Assembly: GCA_031459625.1 (NCBI GenBank)
Contig: JAVKIH010000002.1
Coordinates: forward strand, 272,528-336,527
Origin: Candidatus Geohabitans tengchongensis
Lineage (GTDB): Bacteria; Sysuimicrobiota; Sysuimicrobiia; Sysuimicrobiales; Humicultoraceae
Direction of reading: 5' to 3'
Length of the DNA: 64,000 nt
Position 1 is the stretch's first letter. Every line of letters begins with the position of its first letter. The translations under genes and the position numbers were made by a program. This document shows positions 38,236 through 51,611 of the stretch, one piece after another. Below the pieces are notes generated by a model that saw only the letters and a list, made by a program, of their open reading frames with translations, was not told the DNA's origin and searched no databases.

Positions 38236-40665
38236 TCACCCTGCCCGGATCTTCAGGGTCTCGCCGAGCGCGCGGAAGGCGGCGGTCCACCGCTCGGCCT
38301 CCTCGGGGGGCAGGTGCTCGCTAATCCGCGGGGCGACGCTCTGCAGCAGCTCGTAGTAGCGGTTCTGGGTCTGCCAGAGGTTGATGAAGCAGGGGAGGCG
38401 GACGAAGAGGGCCGCGGTGTCGGCGACCCGGGCGAGCGCCTCCAGGTCGGCCGGGGAGTGGCGCAGGGCGTCCACAAGCGCCTCCAGCGTGCGCTGCGCG
38501 GCGAAGCCCAGCTCCCCGGCGTGCTCGGCGCTCCCGTCCAGCGACACCCCCCACGCCTGGGCCTCCCGCACCAGCGTCTCGATGCGCCCCAGGTCCGGCG
38601 GCACCTGGGCGAGGGCACGGGCCAGGTCGCGCCGCAGGACGAAGTGCAGGGCGGTGCGCAGCGCATCGGGCAGCGGGGTGTGGAGGTCGCGCAGGAAGGC
38701 CATGAGTGGGGCGTGCTGCTCGTAGATGCGCCGGTAGTGGCCTTCGGCGTCCTCCAGCGTGGCGTCGAGGACCTGCTCCAGCACCTTCCGCCGCTCGTCC
38801 TTGAAGAGGTGGCGCAGCCCGTAGGTGCCTTTCGGGAAGGCCTGGTCGATCTGCCGGATGACCTCCGGCAGGTCGCCGCGGGCGAAGGCGGCGCGCAGGG
38901 CGGTGAAGGCCTCCGCCGTGGCCTCCTCCGGGGCGGAGCCGACCCCGCCGTGCACGTTGTGGTCGCCCAGGTGCAGCACCGCGTAGGCCAGGGTCTGCGC
39001 CTCCCAGGTGATCTCCGAGATCACGCGCACGCGCCCCACCGCCAGGCGGGCGCGGCCCGCCGTCTCCACCTGCCGGTCCTCCTGCTCCACGGTGAAGGCG
39101 GCGATGCGGGCGCGGGGCGGGTACTCCTGGAAGAGCGCGCTCACGGCGAAGTGGGCCACCACCTGGGGCAGGTCCACCTGCGCCGGGGCGACGAAGCGGC
39201 GGTAGACCTCGCGGCCGTCCCCCAGTTCGGGGAGGTTGCTGCGGGCCGCGGCCAGCCGCTCCAGGAAGGGCTCCTCCAGGTGCAGGTCGAGCACGTCGGC
39301 GGCGAGCTGCAGGGCCCGGGCGGCATACTGCAGCACCTGAGTCGTCTCGATCCCCGACAGCTCGTCGAAGAACCAGCCGCAGCTCGTGTACATCAGCATG
39401 GCGTGGCGCTGCAGCTCGAGGAGCTTGAGGGCCCGCACCTGCGCGGCGTGGTCGAGGGGGGCGCGGGCGTGGCGGGCGAAAAAGGCCTCCACGCTGCGCG
39501 GCGAGCGGTCCAGGATCACGCTGATGTAGTCGTCGCGCGCGGCCCAGGGGTCGCGCAGGAGCGCCCCGGCCGCCTCGGCGTAGTGCGGGGCCAGCGCGTC
39601 GCGCAGCCAGTCGAGCGCGTCCCGCAGCGGGCGCCGCCACGCCTGGGTCCACCCCGGGTGCATCCCCGTGTTGCAGCCGCAGTCGCTGCGCCACCGTTCC
39701 ACCCCGTGGGCGCAGCTCCAGGAAGTGTGCTCCACGATCTCCACCTGGTGCTCGGGCGGGTGGGTGGCCAGGTAGGCGGCGTAGTTGGTCAGGCGCGCCC
39801 ACCCCTGCTCCCGGATGAGGTGGAGGGCGTAAGCCAGGGCCATGTCGCCGAAGCGGTGGTGGTGGCCGTAGGTCTCGCCGTCGGTGGCGATGTGGGCCAG
39901 CTGGCCCCCCGGGCGAGTGTCGTTGAAGATGCTCAGCAGGCGCTGCGCGAAGGCCTCGCCGCTGCTGAGCAGCCGCTCGAAGGCCACCGCCCGCGAGACC
40001 GGCCCGTCGTAGAAGAAGAGGACGATGCGCCCGCCCCCCGGCAGGCGGCACTCGTAGGGCCGCGTGGGGTCGATGCGCCCGCCGCTCACGTCGCGCCAGG
40101 GCCGCCCGAGGCGGCGGACGCGCCGCGCCTGGTGCGGGGCCAGGATGGTGAAGCGGATGCCCTCGGCGGCCATGAGCTCGAGGCTCTCCAGGTCGACGGC
40201 CGTCTCGGGGAGCCACATCCCCTCGGGCCGCCGGCCGAAGCGGTGCTCGAAGTCGCGGATGCCCCAGCGGATCTGCGTGGCCTTGTCCCGCCGGGTGGCG
40301 AGCGGAAGGATCATGTGGTTGTACGCCTGGGCCAGGGCCGAGCCGTGGCCATCGAAGCGCTCGGCGCTCACGCGGTCCGCCTCCAGGATGGCGGCGTAGA
40401 CCTCGGGCGCCGCCGTCTCCATCCAGGCCAGCAGGGTAGGACCGATGTTGAAGGAGATGCTGGCGTAGTTGTTCACGATGGCGCGGATGTACCCCTGGCC
40501 GTCGAGGATGCGGGAGGCGGCGTTGGGGGCGTAGCACTCCGCGGTGATGCGCTCGTTCCAGTCGTGGTAGGGCGCGGCGGAGTCCTGCAGCTCGATGGTC
40601 TCGAGCCAGGCGTTCTCCCGCGGCGGCTGGTAGAAGTGGCCGTGCACGCAGAGGAACCGCTCCAT
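38236..40665 (-). CDS. GH57 family glycoside hydrolase with DUF3536 domain
   Basis: HGHFYQPPREN, GMWLPETAVD, ATDGETYGHH, WSCAHGVERW, MYTSCGWFF. Confidence 0.92.
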   Translation of the reverse strand: MERFLCVHGHFYQPPRENAWLETIELQDSAAPYHDWNERITAECYAPNAASRILDGQGYIRAIVNNYASISFNIGPTLLAWMETAAPEVYAAILEADRVSAERFDGHGSALAQAYNHMILPLATRRDKATQIRWGIRDFEHRFGRRPEGMWLPETAVDLESLELMAAEGIRFTILAPHQARRVRRLGRPWRDVSGGRIDPTRPYECRLPGGGRIVLFFYDGPVSRAVAFERLLSSGEAFAQRLLSIFNDTRPGGQLAHIATDGETYGHHHRFGDMALAYALHLIREQGWARLTNYAAYLATHPPEHQVEIVEHTSWSCAHGVERWRSDCGCNTGMHPGWTQAWRRPLRDALDWLRDALAPHYAEAAGALLRDPWAARDDYISVILDRSPRSVEAFFARHARAPLDHAAQVRALKLLELQRHAMLMYTSCGWFFDELSGIETTQVLQYAARALQLAADVLDLHLEEPFLERLAAARSNLPELGDGREVYRRFVAPAQVDLPQVVAHFAVSALFQEYPPRARIAAFTVEQEDRQVETAGRARLAVGRVRVISEITWEAQTLAYAVLHLGDHNVHGGVGSAPEEATAEAFTALRAAFARGDLPEVIRQIDQAFPKGTYGLRHLFKDERRKVLEQVLDATLEDAEGHYRRIYEQHAPLMAFLRDLHTPLPDALRTALHFVLRRDLARALAQVPPDLGRIETLVREAQAWGVSLDGSAEHAGELGFAAQRTLEALVDALRHSPADLEALARVADTAALFVRLPCFINLWQTQNRYYELLQSVAPRISEHLPPEEAERWTAAFRALGETLKIRAG

Positions 40666-40709
40666 GCTCTACTCCTGCACCGCCTCCCCGCGTGAGGGGC
40701 CGGCTCGCC

Positions 40710-42680
40710 TCATCGGCCCGCCTGGGGCGGGTGCACCAGGAAGAGCACCCCCAGCGGCGGCAGGGTGAGGCTCAGCGACTGCGGGTGGCCGTGCGCGGGG
40801 ACCGGCTCGGTCTCCACGCCGCCCAGGTTGCCCACGTTGCTCCCCCCATAGAGGGCGGCGTCGCTGTTGAGGGCTTCCCGCCACCGCCCCGCCCGGGGCA
40901 CCCCCACCCGGTAGCCGTGGCGCGGGACCGGGGTGAAGTTGCAGACCACGGCCGCCACCGTCTCCCCGCGGCGGTCGAAGCGCAGGAAGCTCAGCACGCT
41001 CTGGTCGGCGTCCGAGGCGTCGATCCAGCGGAACCCCTCGGGGTCGCCGTCGAGCTCGTGCAGGGCCGGCAGGGCCCGGTAGAGCGCGTTGAGGTCGGCC
41101 ACCCAGCGGGCCACGCCGGCGTGGCGCGGCAACCCCAGGAGGTGCCAGTCCAGGCTCGTAGTGTGGTCCCACTCGCGCCGCTGGCCGAACTCCCCGCCCA
41201 TGAAGAGCAGCTTCTTGCCGGGCTGCCCGTACATGTAGCCGAAGAGCAGCCGCAGGTTGGCGAACTGCTGCCACTCGTCGCCGGGCATGCGCTCCAGCAG
41301 CGAGCGCTTCCCGTGCACCACTTCGTCATGGGAGAGCGGCAGGACGAAGTTCTCGTTGAAGGCGTAGAGCATGCGGAAGGTGAGCTCGGTATGGTGGTAC
41401 TTCCGGTGGATGGGGTCCCGGGCCATGTACTGGAGGGTGTCGTGCATCCACCCCATGTCCCACTTCAACCCGAACCCCAGCCCGCCCAGGTAGGTGGGGC
41501 GCGAGACCATCGGCCAGGCGGTCGACTCCTCGGCGGTGGTCTGGACGTCGGGGAAGGCCTGGTAGACCTCCTCGTTGAGCCGGCGCAGGAAGTCGATGGC
41601 CTCCAGGTTCTCCCGTCCCCCGAAGACGTTGGGCACCCACTCCCCCGGCCGCCGCGAGTAGTCCAGGTAGAGCATCGAGGCCACCGCGTCCACGCGCAGC
41701 CCGTCGGCGTGGTAGCGGTCGAGCCAGAAGAGCGCGCTGCTGATCAAGAAGCTGCGCACCTCGTTGCGGCCGTAGTTGAAGATGGCGGAGTGCCAGTCGG
41801 GGTGGAAGCCCTTCCGCGGGTCGGCGTGCTCGTACAGATGCGTGCCGTCGAAGTAGGCCAGCCCGTGGGCGTCGGTGGGGAAGTGGGAGGGCACCCAGTC
41901 GAGGATGACGCCGATCTCGTGGCGGTGGAGCGCGTCCACCAGGGCCATGAAGTCCTGCGGGGTGCCGTAGCGGCTCGTCGGGGCGAAGTACCCGGTGGTC
42001 TGGTAGCCCCAGGAGCCGTAGAACGGGTGCTCCATCACCGGCAGGACCTCGACGTGGGTGAAGCCCAGCCGCCGCACGTGCTCCGCCAGATGCGCCCCCA
42101 GCTCGCGGTAGGTGAGCCACCGCCCGCCTTCCTCGGGGACGCGGCGCCAGGAGCCCAGGTGGACCTCGTAGATGGCCACGGGGGCCCCGAGCGCGTTGCG
42201 CCGCCGGCGCTCCCCCATCCACGCCCCGTCCCCCCAGGGGTAGTCGAGGTCCCAGACGATGGAGGCGGTGCGTGGCGGGATCTCGTGGTAGGTGCCAAAA
42301 GGGTCGGCCTTGTCGACGCGGTAGCCGCGGTAGCGGGAGACGATGTGGTACTTGTAGCGCTGTCCGCGCCCCACCCCTGGCACGAACCCCTCCCAGATGC
42401 CGGAGCGCTCGCGCGGCCGCAGGGGGTGCCGGGCGGGGTCCCACCGGTTGAAGTCGCCGATCACGCTCACCTGCTCCGCGTTGGGCGCCCACACGGCGAA
42501 GTAGGTCCCCTCCTCGCCGTCGACGCGCATGCGGTGGGCCCCGAGCTTCTCGTAGAGGCGGAAGTGGCTCCCTTCGTTGAAGAGGAAGAGGTCGTCGGCG
42601 CTGAGCCGCGTCACGTCGTAGCGCACCGGTGCGGCGGCGGCCTCCGCCGCGCCGCGGCCCGGGGTGCTCTCCTGGCTCAC
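40710..42680 (-). CDS. glgB: 1,4-alpha-glucan branching enzyme
   Basis: [49 protein letters not shown]. Confidence 0.97.
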   Translation of the reverse strand: MSQESTPGRGAAEAAAAPVRYDVTRLSADDLFLFNEGSHFRLYEKLGAHRMRVDGEEGTYFAVWAPNAEQVSVIGDFNRWDPARHPLRPRERSGIWEGFVPGVGRGQRYKYHIVSRYRGYRVDKADPFGTYHEIPPRTASIVWDLDYPWGDGAWMGERRRRNALGAPVAIYEVHLGSWRRVPEEGGRWLTYRELGAHLAEHVRRLGFTHVEVLPVMEHPFYGSWGYQTTGYFAPTSRYGTPQDFMALVDALHRHEIGVILDWVPSHFPTDAHGLAYFDGTHLYEHADPRKGFHPDWHSAIFNYGRNEVRSFLISSALFWLDRYHADGLRVDAVASMLYLDYSRRPGEWVPNVFGGRENLEAIDFLRRLNEEVYQAFPDVQTTAEESTAWPMVSRPTYLGGLGFGLKWDMGWMHDTLQYMARDPIHRKYHHTELTFRMLYAFNENFVLPLSHDEVVHGKRSLLERMPGDEWQQFANLRLLFGYMYGQPGKKLLFMGGEFGQRREWDHTTSLDWHLLGLPRHAGVARWVADLNALYRALPALHELDGDPEGFRWIDASDADQSVLSFLRFDRRGETVAAVVCNFTPVPRHGYRVGVPRAGRWREALNSDAALYGGSNVGNLGGVETEPVPAHGHPQSLSLTLPPLGVLFLVHPPQAGR

Positions 42681-42696
42681 GCGCGGCGCCCTCCCT

Positions 42697-44268
42697 TCAC
42701 GCGTCGCCCTCCTGGCTCACACGACGCTCCCCCCACACCCCGCCCTCCAGCATGTCGAGGATCCCGCGGGCCGGGATGCCGGCCCACCCGGGGCGGTGGT
42801 CGAGTTCGTAGCCCAGCTCGTAGATGGCCTTCTCCACCATCAACACCTCCAGCAGCGCCTCCCGGGCGCCTTTCGGCGGCAGGATCGGCGGGAGGTCCGC
42901 GGGCGCCCTCTCCGCCACCGTCAGGTATCCGTCGAGGAAGGCCCTGGCGCTCTCTGCGGCCCAGCTCCTCGCCCGAGCCGGCACCTCCTCGGGGAGCACG
43001 ACCCCGCCCTCCGCTCCGCTCCCGGCGGGGCCTCCGCGCCCGGCCTCGCGCAGGGCGACCTCGGCGGCATAGTGGAAGGAGCGGACCATCCCCGCCACGT
43101 CCCGCAGCGGGAGGTCCTTGCGGCGCCGCTCCGCCAGCGGCCGCGCCGGCTCGCCCTCGAAGTCGATGAGGACGAAGTCGGCCGGCACCTCCGGGGTCAC
43201 CAGGACCTGCCCGAGGTGGTAGTCGCCGTGGACGCGCGTGCGCACCCCGCCGGCCGGGAGCGGGCGGCGCAGCCGCTCCCGTACGGCGTCGGCGCGCGCC
43301 AGCAGCGCCCGCACCGGCACCTGCGCCGACGGCGGCAGCTCCCCCAGGTGCCGGCGGGCCTGGGCCAGGACCCGGTCGGCCAGGGCTGCGACGCGCCCGA
43401 GCAGCGCGCGGGCCTCGGCGTCGGTGAAAGGCTCCGGGCTGAAGGCCGGGTCGGTCCCGCCGGCCAGCGTGAGGTGCAGCTCCGCGGTCCGGCGCCCCAG
43501 CCGCGCCGCCTCGTCCGGCCAGGCCCGATCCGCCTCGCCCTGCAGCCCGGCCTGCGCCCGTCCCAGCGCATAGGTCCACCCGTCGCCCCGGTTGGGGACG
43601 TAGGCCTGCACCACGGCCAGCGCCGCCGGCGGCTCACCGGCGGGGCGGTAGGCCAGCCACCCGATGAGGGCGGGGACGTGCCGGAAGCCCCGCGCGGTGA
43701 GGAAGCCCACCACCTCCACGTCCGGATGCGGCCCGGGCTCCACCCGCCGGAGGAGCTTCAGGATGCAGCGGCGGCCGAAGCGCACGGAGGTGTTGCTCTG
43801 TTCGGTGCCGAGCAGGTACGGCTCCAGGTTGTCTCCGGCGCCCGGCGCACCCACCGTCCGGTGCCCGATCACCTCGCCTCCACCGCCCCGCAGGCGCCGC
43901 TCCTCGAGCACGGAGGCCAGCAGCAGGCGGGCCACCGCGGGGTCCTCCATGGCGTCGGCCAGCACCCCGCGCCGTCCGCCCAGCGCGGCGGGGACGACCG
44001 CGCCCTGCGCCTCCTCGGACGCGGCAAAGCGCAGGGGAGCCGCGTACCGCTCCGAACGGCTGTCGGCATAGCCCACGCGGACGACCGCGAGCACTGCGGC
44101 CGGCCCCAGCGGGACGGCGTCCACCACCTCCACAGCGGCCACCGTTCGCCCCTTGCCACCGAACCACCGCTGCCGCTGCAGGAAGGGCAGCAGGGCCGCG
44201 GCCAGGGCGGGACGCCCGGCCGGGCCGAAGAGGTCCGCGAACGCCGGCGCGGTCAAAAGGCCGCTCAC
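42697..44268 (-). CDS. mak: Maltokinase (Pep2/Mak)
   Basis: [51 protein letters not shown]. Confidence 0.9.
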   Translation of the reverse strand: MSGLLTAPAFADLFGPAGRPALAAALLPFLQRQRWFGGKGRTVAAVEVVDAVPLGPAAVLAVVRVGYADSRSERYAAPLRFAASEEAQGAVVPAALGGRRGVLADAMEDPAVARLLLASVLEERRLRGGGGEVIGHRTVGAPGAGDNLEPYLLGTEQSNTSVRFGRRCILKLLRRVEPGPHPDVEVVGFLTARGFRHVPALIGWLAYRPAGEPPAALAVVQAYVPNRGDGWTYALGRAQAGLQGEADRAWPDEAARLGRRTAELHLTLAGGTDPAFSPEPFTDAEARALLGRVAALADRVLAQARRHLGELPPSAQVPVRALLARADAVRERLRRPLPAGGVRTRVHGDYHLGQVLVTPEVPADFVLIDFEGEPARPLAERRRKDLPLRDVAGMVRSFHYAAEVALREAGRGGPAGSGAEGGVVLPEEVPARARSWAAESARAFLDGYLTVAERAPADLPPILPPKGAREALLEVLMVEKAIYELGYELDHRPGWAGIPARGILDMLEGGVWGERRVSQEGDA

Positions 44269-46268
44269 GGCCCCCCATCCCCCGTCCGTGCCGCCTCCGG
44301 CGGGATTACCCGGAAAATGTGCGCCGGCAGGACATGGGGGTTCAGCTCAACGTAGTTGCGCGGCCCCGACCAGCGGTAGCGGGCGTCGGTCAGCAGGTCG
44401 TGGACCTGGTAGGGCGCGTCGGCCGGCAGCCCCAGCGCCTCGAGCGGGAGGTGCACCCAGCCCCGCTGCACGTGGTGGGGGTCGAGGTTCACCACGACCA
44501 GGACGACGTTGCGGCGGTCCTCGGTGTGCTTGCTGTAGGCGATGAGCTGGTCGGTGTCGGGGATGGGGTGGAAGCGCAGGGAGCGGTCCGCCTGCAGCGC
44601 CGGGTTCTCCCGCCGGATGCGGTTCACCCGGGCGATGAGCGGGGCGAGCGACCCGGGATGGTCGATGGGCCAGTGGCGGATCTCGTACTTCTCCGAGTGG
44701 AGGTACTCCTCGCTCCCGGGGCGCAGGGGCGTGGCCTCCATGAGCTCGAAGGCCGGGCCGTAGATCCCGTAGCTGGCCCCCAGCGTGGCCGCCAGCACCA
44801 GCCGCGCAATGAAGGCCGGCCGGCCGCCGGTCTGCAGCTGCTCGGTGAGGATGTCCGGGGTGTTGGGCCACAGGTGCGGCCGGAAGTACTCCACCACGGG
44901 CGGGCGGGTGAGCTCGGTGAAGTACGCCTCCAGCTCCGCCTTCGTGGTGCGCCAGGCGAAGTAGGTGTAGGACTGGGTGAAGCCGAGCTTGGCCAGGTAG
45001 TGCATCACCCGGGGGCGGGTGAAGGCCTCGGAGAGGAAGATCACGTCGGGGTGGTCGGCCTTCACCGTCCCGATGAGCCACTCCCAGAAGGCGAAGGGTT
45101 TCGTGTGGGGGTTGTCCACCCGGAAGATCCGCACGCCCTGCGCGATCCAGAAGAGGACGATGCTGCGCAGCTCCTCCCACAGCGCCCGCCAGGCCTCGGT
45201 CTGGAAGTCGAAGGGGTAGATGTCCTCGTACTGTTTGGGCGGATTCTCCGCGTACTGGATCGTCCCGTCGGGGCGGCGGCGGAACCACTCCGGGTGCTCC
45301 CGCACGTACGGGTGGTCGGGGGAGGTCTGGAAAGCCAGGTCGAGGGCCACCTCCAGACCGTGGGCGCGGGCGGCGGCCACCAGGCGCCGGAAGTCCTCCA
45401 GGGTGCCCAGCTGGGGGTGGACCGCCTTGTGCCCGCCCTCCTCGCTGCCGATGGCCCAGGGGCTCCCGGGGTCGTCGGGACCGGCGCCCGGGACGTTGTT
45501 GGGCCCTTTGCGGTGGGTCCGGCCGATGGGGTGGATGGGGGGGAGGTAGAGGACGTCGAACCCCATGCCGGCGATGTAGGGCAGGCGCGCCTCCACGTCG
45601 CGGAAGGTGCCGTGGCGCCCCGGCTCCGGGGAGGCCGACCGCGGGAAGAGCTCGTACCAGGTCGAGAAGCGCGCCCGCTCCCGATCCACTACCACCTCCA
45701 GCACGCGGGGGTAGCGGGTGGCGAAGCGGCGGTCGGCGTACCGGTCCATCAGGGCGGCGAGGGGCTCGCCGAGGGCCTGCTGCGTGGCCTCCGGCCCGCC
45801 CCGCCGCAGCGCCTCAGCGTAGGCCAGCAGGACGGCGCGGTCGCCCCGGGCGGCCCGCCCGGCGGCGTCCTGGACCAGTGCGGCCCCGACGGGCAGCTCG
45901 GCCGCGACGTCCTGCCCCGCCTCCAGGCGCCGGCGCAGGTCCCGCGCCCAGGTGCGGAAGGGGTCGACCCACCCCTCCAGGGTGTACTGGTAGCGTCCCA
46001 GGTGGTCGACGGTGAAGGCGGCCCGCCAGCGGTCGTTCCCGAGCGCCGTCATCGGCGTCTCGGTCCACTCCGCCTCCTCCGCCCGGCGGTGGAGGAGCAC
46101 GGCCGCCACCAGGTCGTGGCCGTCGGCGAAGACGTCGGCCTCCACGACGACGGCCTCCCCCACCGTCCGCTTGATGGGGAACCGGCCGGCGTCGACCTCG
46201 GGGCTGACCCCCTCGATGACGACGCGGCGGCGGCCTACCCCGTCATCCAGTCCGGTGAACGCTCCCAT
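44265..46268 (-). CDS. glgE: Maltose-1-phosphate maltosyltransferase
   Basis: [50 protein letters not shown]. Confidence 0.96.
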   Translation of the reverse strand: MGAFTGLDDGVGRRRVVIEGVSPEVDAGRFPIKRTVGEAVVVEADVFADGHDLVAAVLLHRRAEEAEWTETPMTALGNDRWRAAFTVDHLGRYQYTLEGWVDPFRTWARDLRRRLEAGQDVAAELPVGAALVQDAAGRAARGDRAVLLAYAEALRRGGPEATQQALGEPLAALMDRYADRRFATRYPRVLEVVVDRERARFSTWYELFPRSASPEPGRHGTFRDVEARLPYIAGMGFDVLYLPPIHPIGRTHRKGPNNVPGAGPDDPGSPWAIGSEEGGHKAVHPQLGTLEDFRRLVAAARAHGLEVALDLAFQTSPDHPYVREHPEWFRRRPDGTIQYAENPPKQYEDIYPFDFQTEAWRALWEELRSIVLFWIAQGVRIFRVDNPHTKPFAFWEWLIGTVKADHPDVIFLSEAFTRPRVMHYLAKLGFTQSYTYFAWRTTKAELEAYFTELTRPPVVEYFRPHLWPNTPDILTEQLQTGGRPAFIARLVLAATLGASYGIYGPAFELMEATPLRPGSEEYLHSEKYEIRHWPIDHPGSLAPLIARVNRIRRENPALQADRSLRFHPIPDTDQLIAYSKHTEDRRNVVLVVVNLDPHHVQRGWVHLPLEALGLPADAPYQVHDLLTDARYRWSGPRNYVELNPHVLPAHIFRVIPPEAARTGDGGP

Positions 46269-46479
46269 CACCCTCGCTTCCCTCTATGCCCACCCTCGCC
46301 GGTCCCCTGCGGCCCCCGCGGCAGGACCGGAACGCGGTCCAGGCGAACGGGCCTGAGCCCGACGCGACGGGGGAAGAGACCCGGGGGAACCGACGGCGGC
46401 GCGGCGGTCGTCTACTATTATCGTCGGTCCCCGCATCCGGGGCCTCGTCGGCGCGGCCGGCGCCCGAGCAGGGACGGGA

Positions 46480-48147
<1,668 letters not shown>

Positions 48148-48174
48148 GCAGGCAGGGGAGCGACCGGCCGGGCG

Positions 48175-49185
48175 CTACCGGAAGCGCCCGATCACCTGAC
48201 CGGTCAGGCGCAGGGCGCGCTCCTTCTCCACCCCGAGGGGCGGCCCGATGTTGATCTGGGTGGCCCCGCGCTCGGCCAGCCACTGCACGCGCTCCGCGAG
48301 CTGGGCGGGATCCCCCACGATCGCCAGGCGAAACATCCGCGGCTGGACCAGCGCGGCGGCGCGCGCGGCGTCCTGAGCCCGCCAGGCCGCTCGGATCTCG
48401 TCGAAGTCCGCGGGCACGAGCCCGATCGGTGCCAGCACCTCGGCGCGCAGGGAGGGGCCGTAGTAGGCGATCAGGGGTCTCAAGGCGCGCTCCGCCTCCT
48501 CCGGCGCCTCGCCCGCCGACCACCAGACGCACGCGGCCAGGTCGAACCCGTCGAGGGAGCGGCCCGCCCGCGCGGCCCCCGCCCGCACCCGCTCCACGAC
48601 ACCGTCGATCGCCTCGGGCGGGAAGACGATGGGCAGACCGCCGTCCCCCGCTTCCCCCATGTACTCGAGCACGCCAGGTCCCTGGCCCCCGATGTAGATG
48701 GGGATCGGGACGGCGGGGAGGGGGAAGCGCAGCCGCGCGTCGCGCGTCCACCCGGAGAAGACGGTCCCCTCCCCGAGGGCCTCCTCGCCCCGCAGCAGGC
48801 GCCGGATCAGCTCCACGGCCTCGCGCAGGCCGGTGAGGGGACGCCGCTGCCGCAGGCCGATCCAGGCCAACGCGGGTGGGTCGCCCGGCCCGATCCCCAG
48901 CACGAAGCGCCCCTGGCTGAACTCCTGCAGGGTGGCCGCGCGCATGACCAGCTCCGCGGGGCTGGCCGAGAAGGGGTTGACGATGCAGGTGCCGATCCGG
49001 ATGCGCCGGGTCGCCGCCGCGACCGCGGTGAGGGTGACCCACGCGTCCCGCTGCAGCAGGTCCTGGCAATACCAGAGGTCGTCGAAGCCCAGCGCCTCGG
49101 CGAGCTGCGCCCAGCGGACGACCTCGCGGACGGGGCCGGCGGCGCTGTTGAAGCGCAGGCCGAAGCGGAGGGGACGGGGCGGCAT
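48175..49185 (-). CDS. LLM-class flavin/F420-dependent oxidoreductase (Mer-like)
   Basis: LAEALGFD, AAATRRIRIGT, GRFVLGIG, IPIYIG; alternative start at 49200. Confidence 0.85.
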   Translation of the reverse strand: MPPRPLRFGLRFNSAAGPVREVVRWAQLAEALGFDDLWYCQDLLQRDAWVTLTAVAAATRRIRIGTCIVNPFSASPAELVMRAATLQEFSQGRFVLGIGPGDPPALAWIGLRQRRPLTGLREAVELIRRLLRGEEALGEGTVFSGWTRDARLRFPLPAVPIPIYIGGQGPGVLEYMGEAGDGGLPIVFPPEAIDGVVERVRAGAARAGRSLDGFDLAACVWWSAGEAPEEAERALRPLIAYYGPSLRAEVLAPIGLVPADFDEIRAAWRAQDAARAAALVQPRMFRLAIVGDPAQLAERVQWLAERGATQINIGPPLGVEKERALRLTGQVIGRFR

Positions 49186-49268
49186 GCCGGACACCAGCAT
49201 ACCGTGCCGCCCGGCCCTGCGGGTGCACACAGGAAAGCCTCGCCGGGCTCCAGAATCTCCTGGACACC

Positions 49269-49976
49269 GTGGAGACCCCGAGGCGTCCGCATCGCGTCCA
49301 GAAGGCCGTCTGCCGCCGGGCGGTGGCGGCCGCCCTCGGCGAGGAGGCAGCCGCGGCCATCCTCCGGGAGACGGGCATTGCCGCGCTGCCCGAGGACCTG
49401 CCGGCCGGGCCGCGGGATCTGGCAGCCCTGCGCCGGGAACTCCAGCCCTTCGTCGACCTGTACCGCGCCGTCCTTGCCCGGAGCGACCGGGAGACGGCGC
49501 TGCGGGTGGCGCGGGACGCCATCGTGGGGTCGGGGCTGCGCAGCCACGCGGAGGCCGCCGCCGCCCAGCGCCGGGCGATGGCCTCGACCCCGGCGGGGGC
49601 CGACTGGTGGACCGATGCGGCTCCCGGGCCGCCGCTCAACCTGACCAGCCCACCGCCCCCGGGATTCCGCGCTCCGCAGGACGTGCTGGCCCGTCAGTTC
49701 GACCGGGCCATGGAGCACTTCTCGTGCCGCGGGGAACTGCTGACCTACACCCCGGAGGTGGTACGGTTTCGCATCACCGCCTGTAACTGGGTGCGGGCGA
49801 TGCAGGAGGCCGGGACCCCGGAGCTGATCCCGTTCTTCTGTGAGACGGACGAGCGCTTCATGGACGACCACCCCACGCACCGGCTGGAACGACCCACGGC
49901 GATCGGGCTGGGGGACGACCACTGCGACTTCCGGTTCGTGCCCCGGAAGGGGCGGAGCGCGGACGGGGAGGGATGA
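49269..49976 (+). CDS. L-2-amino-thiazoline-4-carboxylate hydrolase-like (ATC hydrolase) family protein
   Basis: FRITAC.W..PELIPFFCETD..LER..AIGLGDDHCDFRF Cys pattern. Confidence 0.7.
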   Translation: METPRRPHRVQKAVCRRAVAAALGEEAAAAILRETGIAALPEDLPAGPRDLAALRRELQPFVDLYRAVLARSDRETALRVARDAIVGSGLRSHAEAAAAQRRAMASTPAGADWWTDAAPGPPLNLTSPPPPGFRAPQDVLARQFDRAMEHFSCRGELLTYTPEVVRFRITACNWVRAMQEAGTPELIPFFCETDERFMDDHPTHRLERPTAIGLGDDHCDFRFVPRKGRSADGEG

Positions 49977-49982
49977 GGACGC

Positions 49983-51593
49983 ATGGACGATGACCGCAGA
50001 GAGCTCGAGCGCGCGGGAGACGCGGTCTCTCGCTACTCGCGGCGCGCCTTCCTCCAGGCGGCGGCCCGGACCGCGGGGGCGGGGGCGGGAGCCGCGCTCC
50101 TGGGGCCGACCCTCCTGGGGCGGGCGGCCGCGCTGGCCGCGCCGGCCCGCCGGCCGGCACCGGTGGGCAACCTCCTGCTGGTACAGGGCGTGGACGCCGA
50201 GTCACTGGACCCGCACGTGACGACCTCGGGCGCCAGCAAGGGCATGATGTGGGCGATGTACGACAAGCTCCTGGAGCGCTCACCGGAGATGCGGATCATC
50301 CCCTGGCTGGCGACGTCCTACCGCGTGCTCAACGAGACGACGTGGGAGTTCCGGCTGCGCGACAACGTCTTCTTCCACAACGGGGAGAAGTTCAGCGCCG
50401 AGCACGTGCGGGACACCATCGCCCGGTTCAAGCACCCCGGCATCCGCAACGTCTATGCCGGGCAGCTCGCTCCGGTGAAGGACGTCGAGGTGATCAACCC
50501 CCTGACCGTGCGCATCCACACCGACGGCCCGTTTGCCCTGTTGGCCGAAGTCCTGTCGCTCTACTGCGAGATCCTGCCGCGCGCCATCACGTCGGGCCAG
50601 GTGGACCCCACCCGGCAGGCCATCGGCACCGGACCGTACCGGTTCACGGAGTGGATCCCCAACCAGCGCATGGTGATGGACTTCGCCGAGCGACCCCACT
50701 TCAGCGGGCAGCCAAAGGTACGCCGCCTGGTGTGGCGGCCGGTGCCCGAGGCCGCCACCCGCGTGGTGGAGCTGAAGACCGGCGCCGCCCACCTGATCAC
50801 CCCGGTCGACCCGCTGCAGGTCCCCGAGCTGCAGGCCACCCGGAACGTCGAGCTCGTGACCTTCCGCCAGCTCTCTTCGCAGATCGTCGTCTTGAACATG
50901 CTGAAGGTGCGCGCCTTCCAGGACGTCCGCGTGCGGCAAGCCATGAACTACGCCACCGACGTGGACACGCTCATCCGCACCGTCATGCGCGGGGCCGCCT
51001 ACCGCCTGGCCAGCGCCTTCGGGCCGGGCATCCCCGGCTACGACGAGAGCCTCCAGCCCTACCCCTACGACCCGGAGCGCGCGCGGCGCCTGCTGGCGGA
51101 GGCGGGCTACCCCAATGGCTTCGAGGTGACCCTCACCACGCCGGAGGGGCGCTACCTGAACGACCGGCTGGCCAGCGAGGCGATCGCCGGGATGTGGACC
51201 CGCGTCGGGGTGCGCACCCGGGTGCAGGTGATGGACTGGAGCCCCTTCGTCCAGGGGGTGCTGGGCAAGACCCACGACGCCTTCTTCTTCCAGCAGGTGG
51301 GGGTGCTGCTCGACGCCACGACCAGCATCAATTTCGACTCGCAGCGGAAGGGGGCGGCCTGGCAGGGCTACCACAATGACGAGGCCAACCGTCTGATCCA
51401 GGAGGCCCCCCGGACGCTGGACCCCGGCCGGCGCAACGAGATGTACCGGCGGCTGAACCAGATCCTCCACCGCGAGTGCCCCTGGGTCTTCCTCTGGAAC
51501 CAGCAGGGCATCTACGCCATCCAGAAGCGCGTCAAGGGCTGGGTGGCGCATCCTGACGGCATCATCCGCCTGGGAGGGATCAGCCTGGCGTAG
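49983..51593 (+). CDS. Tat-exported family 5 ABC substrate-binding protein
   Basis: SRRAFL twin-Arg motif, SLDPH, FHNGE.F.AE.V, GTGPY, RVRQAMNYA. Confidence 0.92.
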   Translation: MDDDRRELERAGDAVSRYSRRAFLQAAARTAGAGAGAALLGPTLLGRAAALAAPARRPAPVGNLLLVQGVDAESLDPHVTTSGASKGMMWAMYDKLLERSPEMRIIPWLATSYRVLNETTWEFRLRDNVFFHNGEKFSAEHVRDTIARFKHPGIRNVYAGQLAPVKDVEVINPLTVRIHTDGPFALLAEVLSLYCEILPRAITSGQVDPTRQAIGTGPYRFTEWIPNQRMVMDFAERPHFSGQPKVRRLVWRPVPEAATRVVELKTGAAHLITPVDPLQVPELQATRNVELVTFRQLSSQIVVLNMLKVRAFQDVRVRQAMNYATDVDTLIRTVMRGAAYRLASAFGPGIPGYDESLQPYPYDPERARRLLAEAGYPNGFEVTLTTPEGRYLNDRLASEAIAGMWTRVGVRTRVQVMDWSPFVQGVLGKTHDAFFFQQVGVLLDATTSINFDSQRKGAAWQGYHNDEANRLIQEAPRTLDPGRRNEMYRRLNQILHRECPWVFLWNQQGIYAIQKRVKGWVAHPDGIIRLGGISLA

Positions 51594-51611
51594 CGCCCCG
51601 GGCGGTCGACC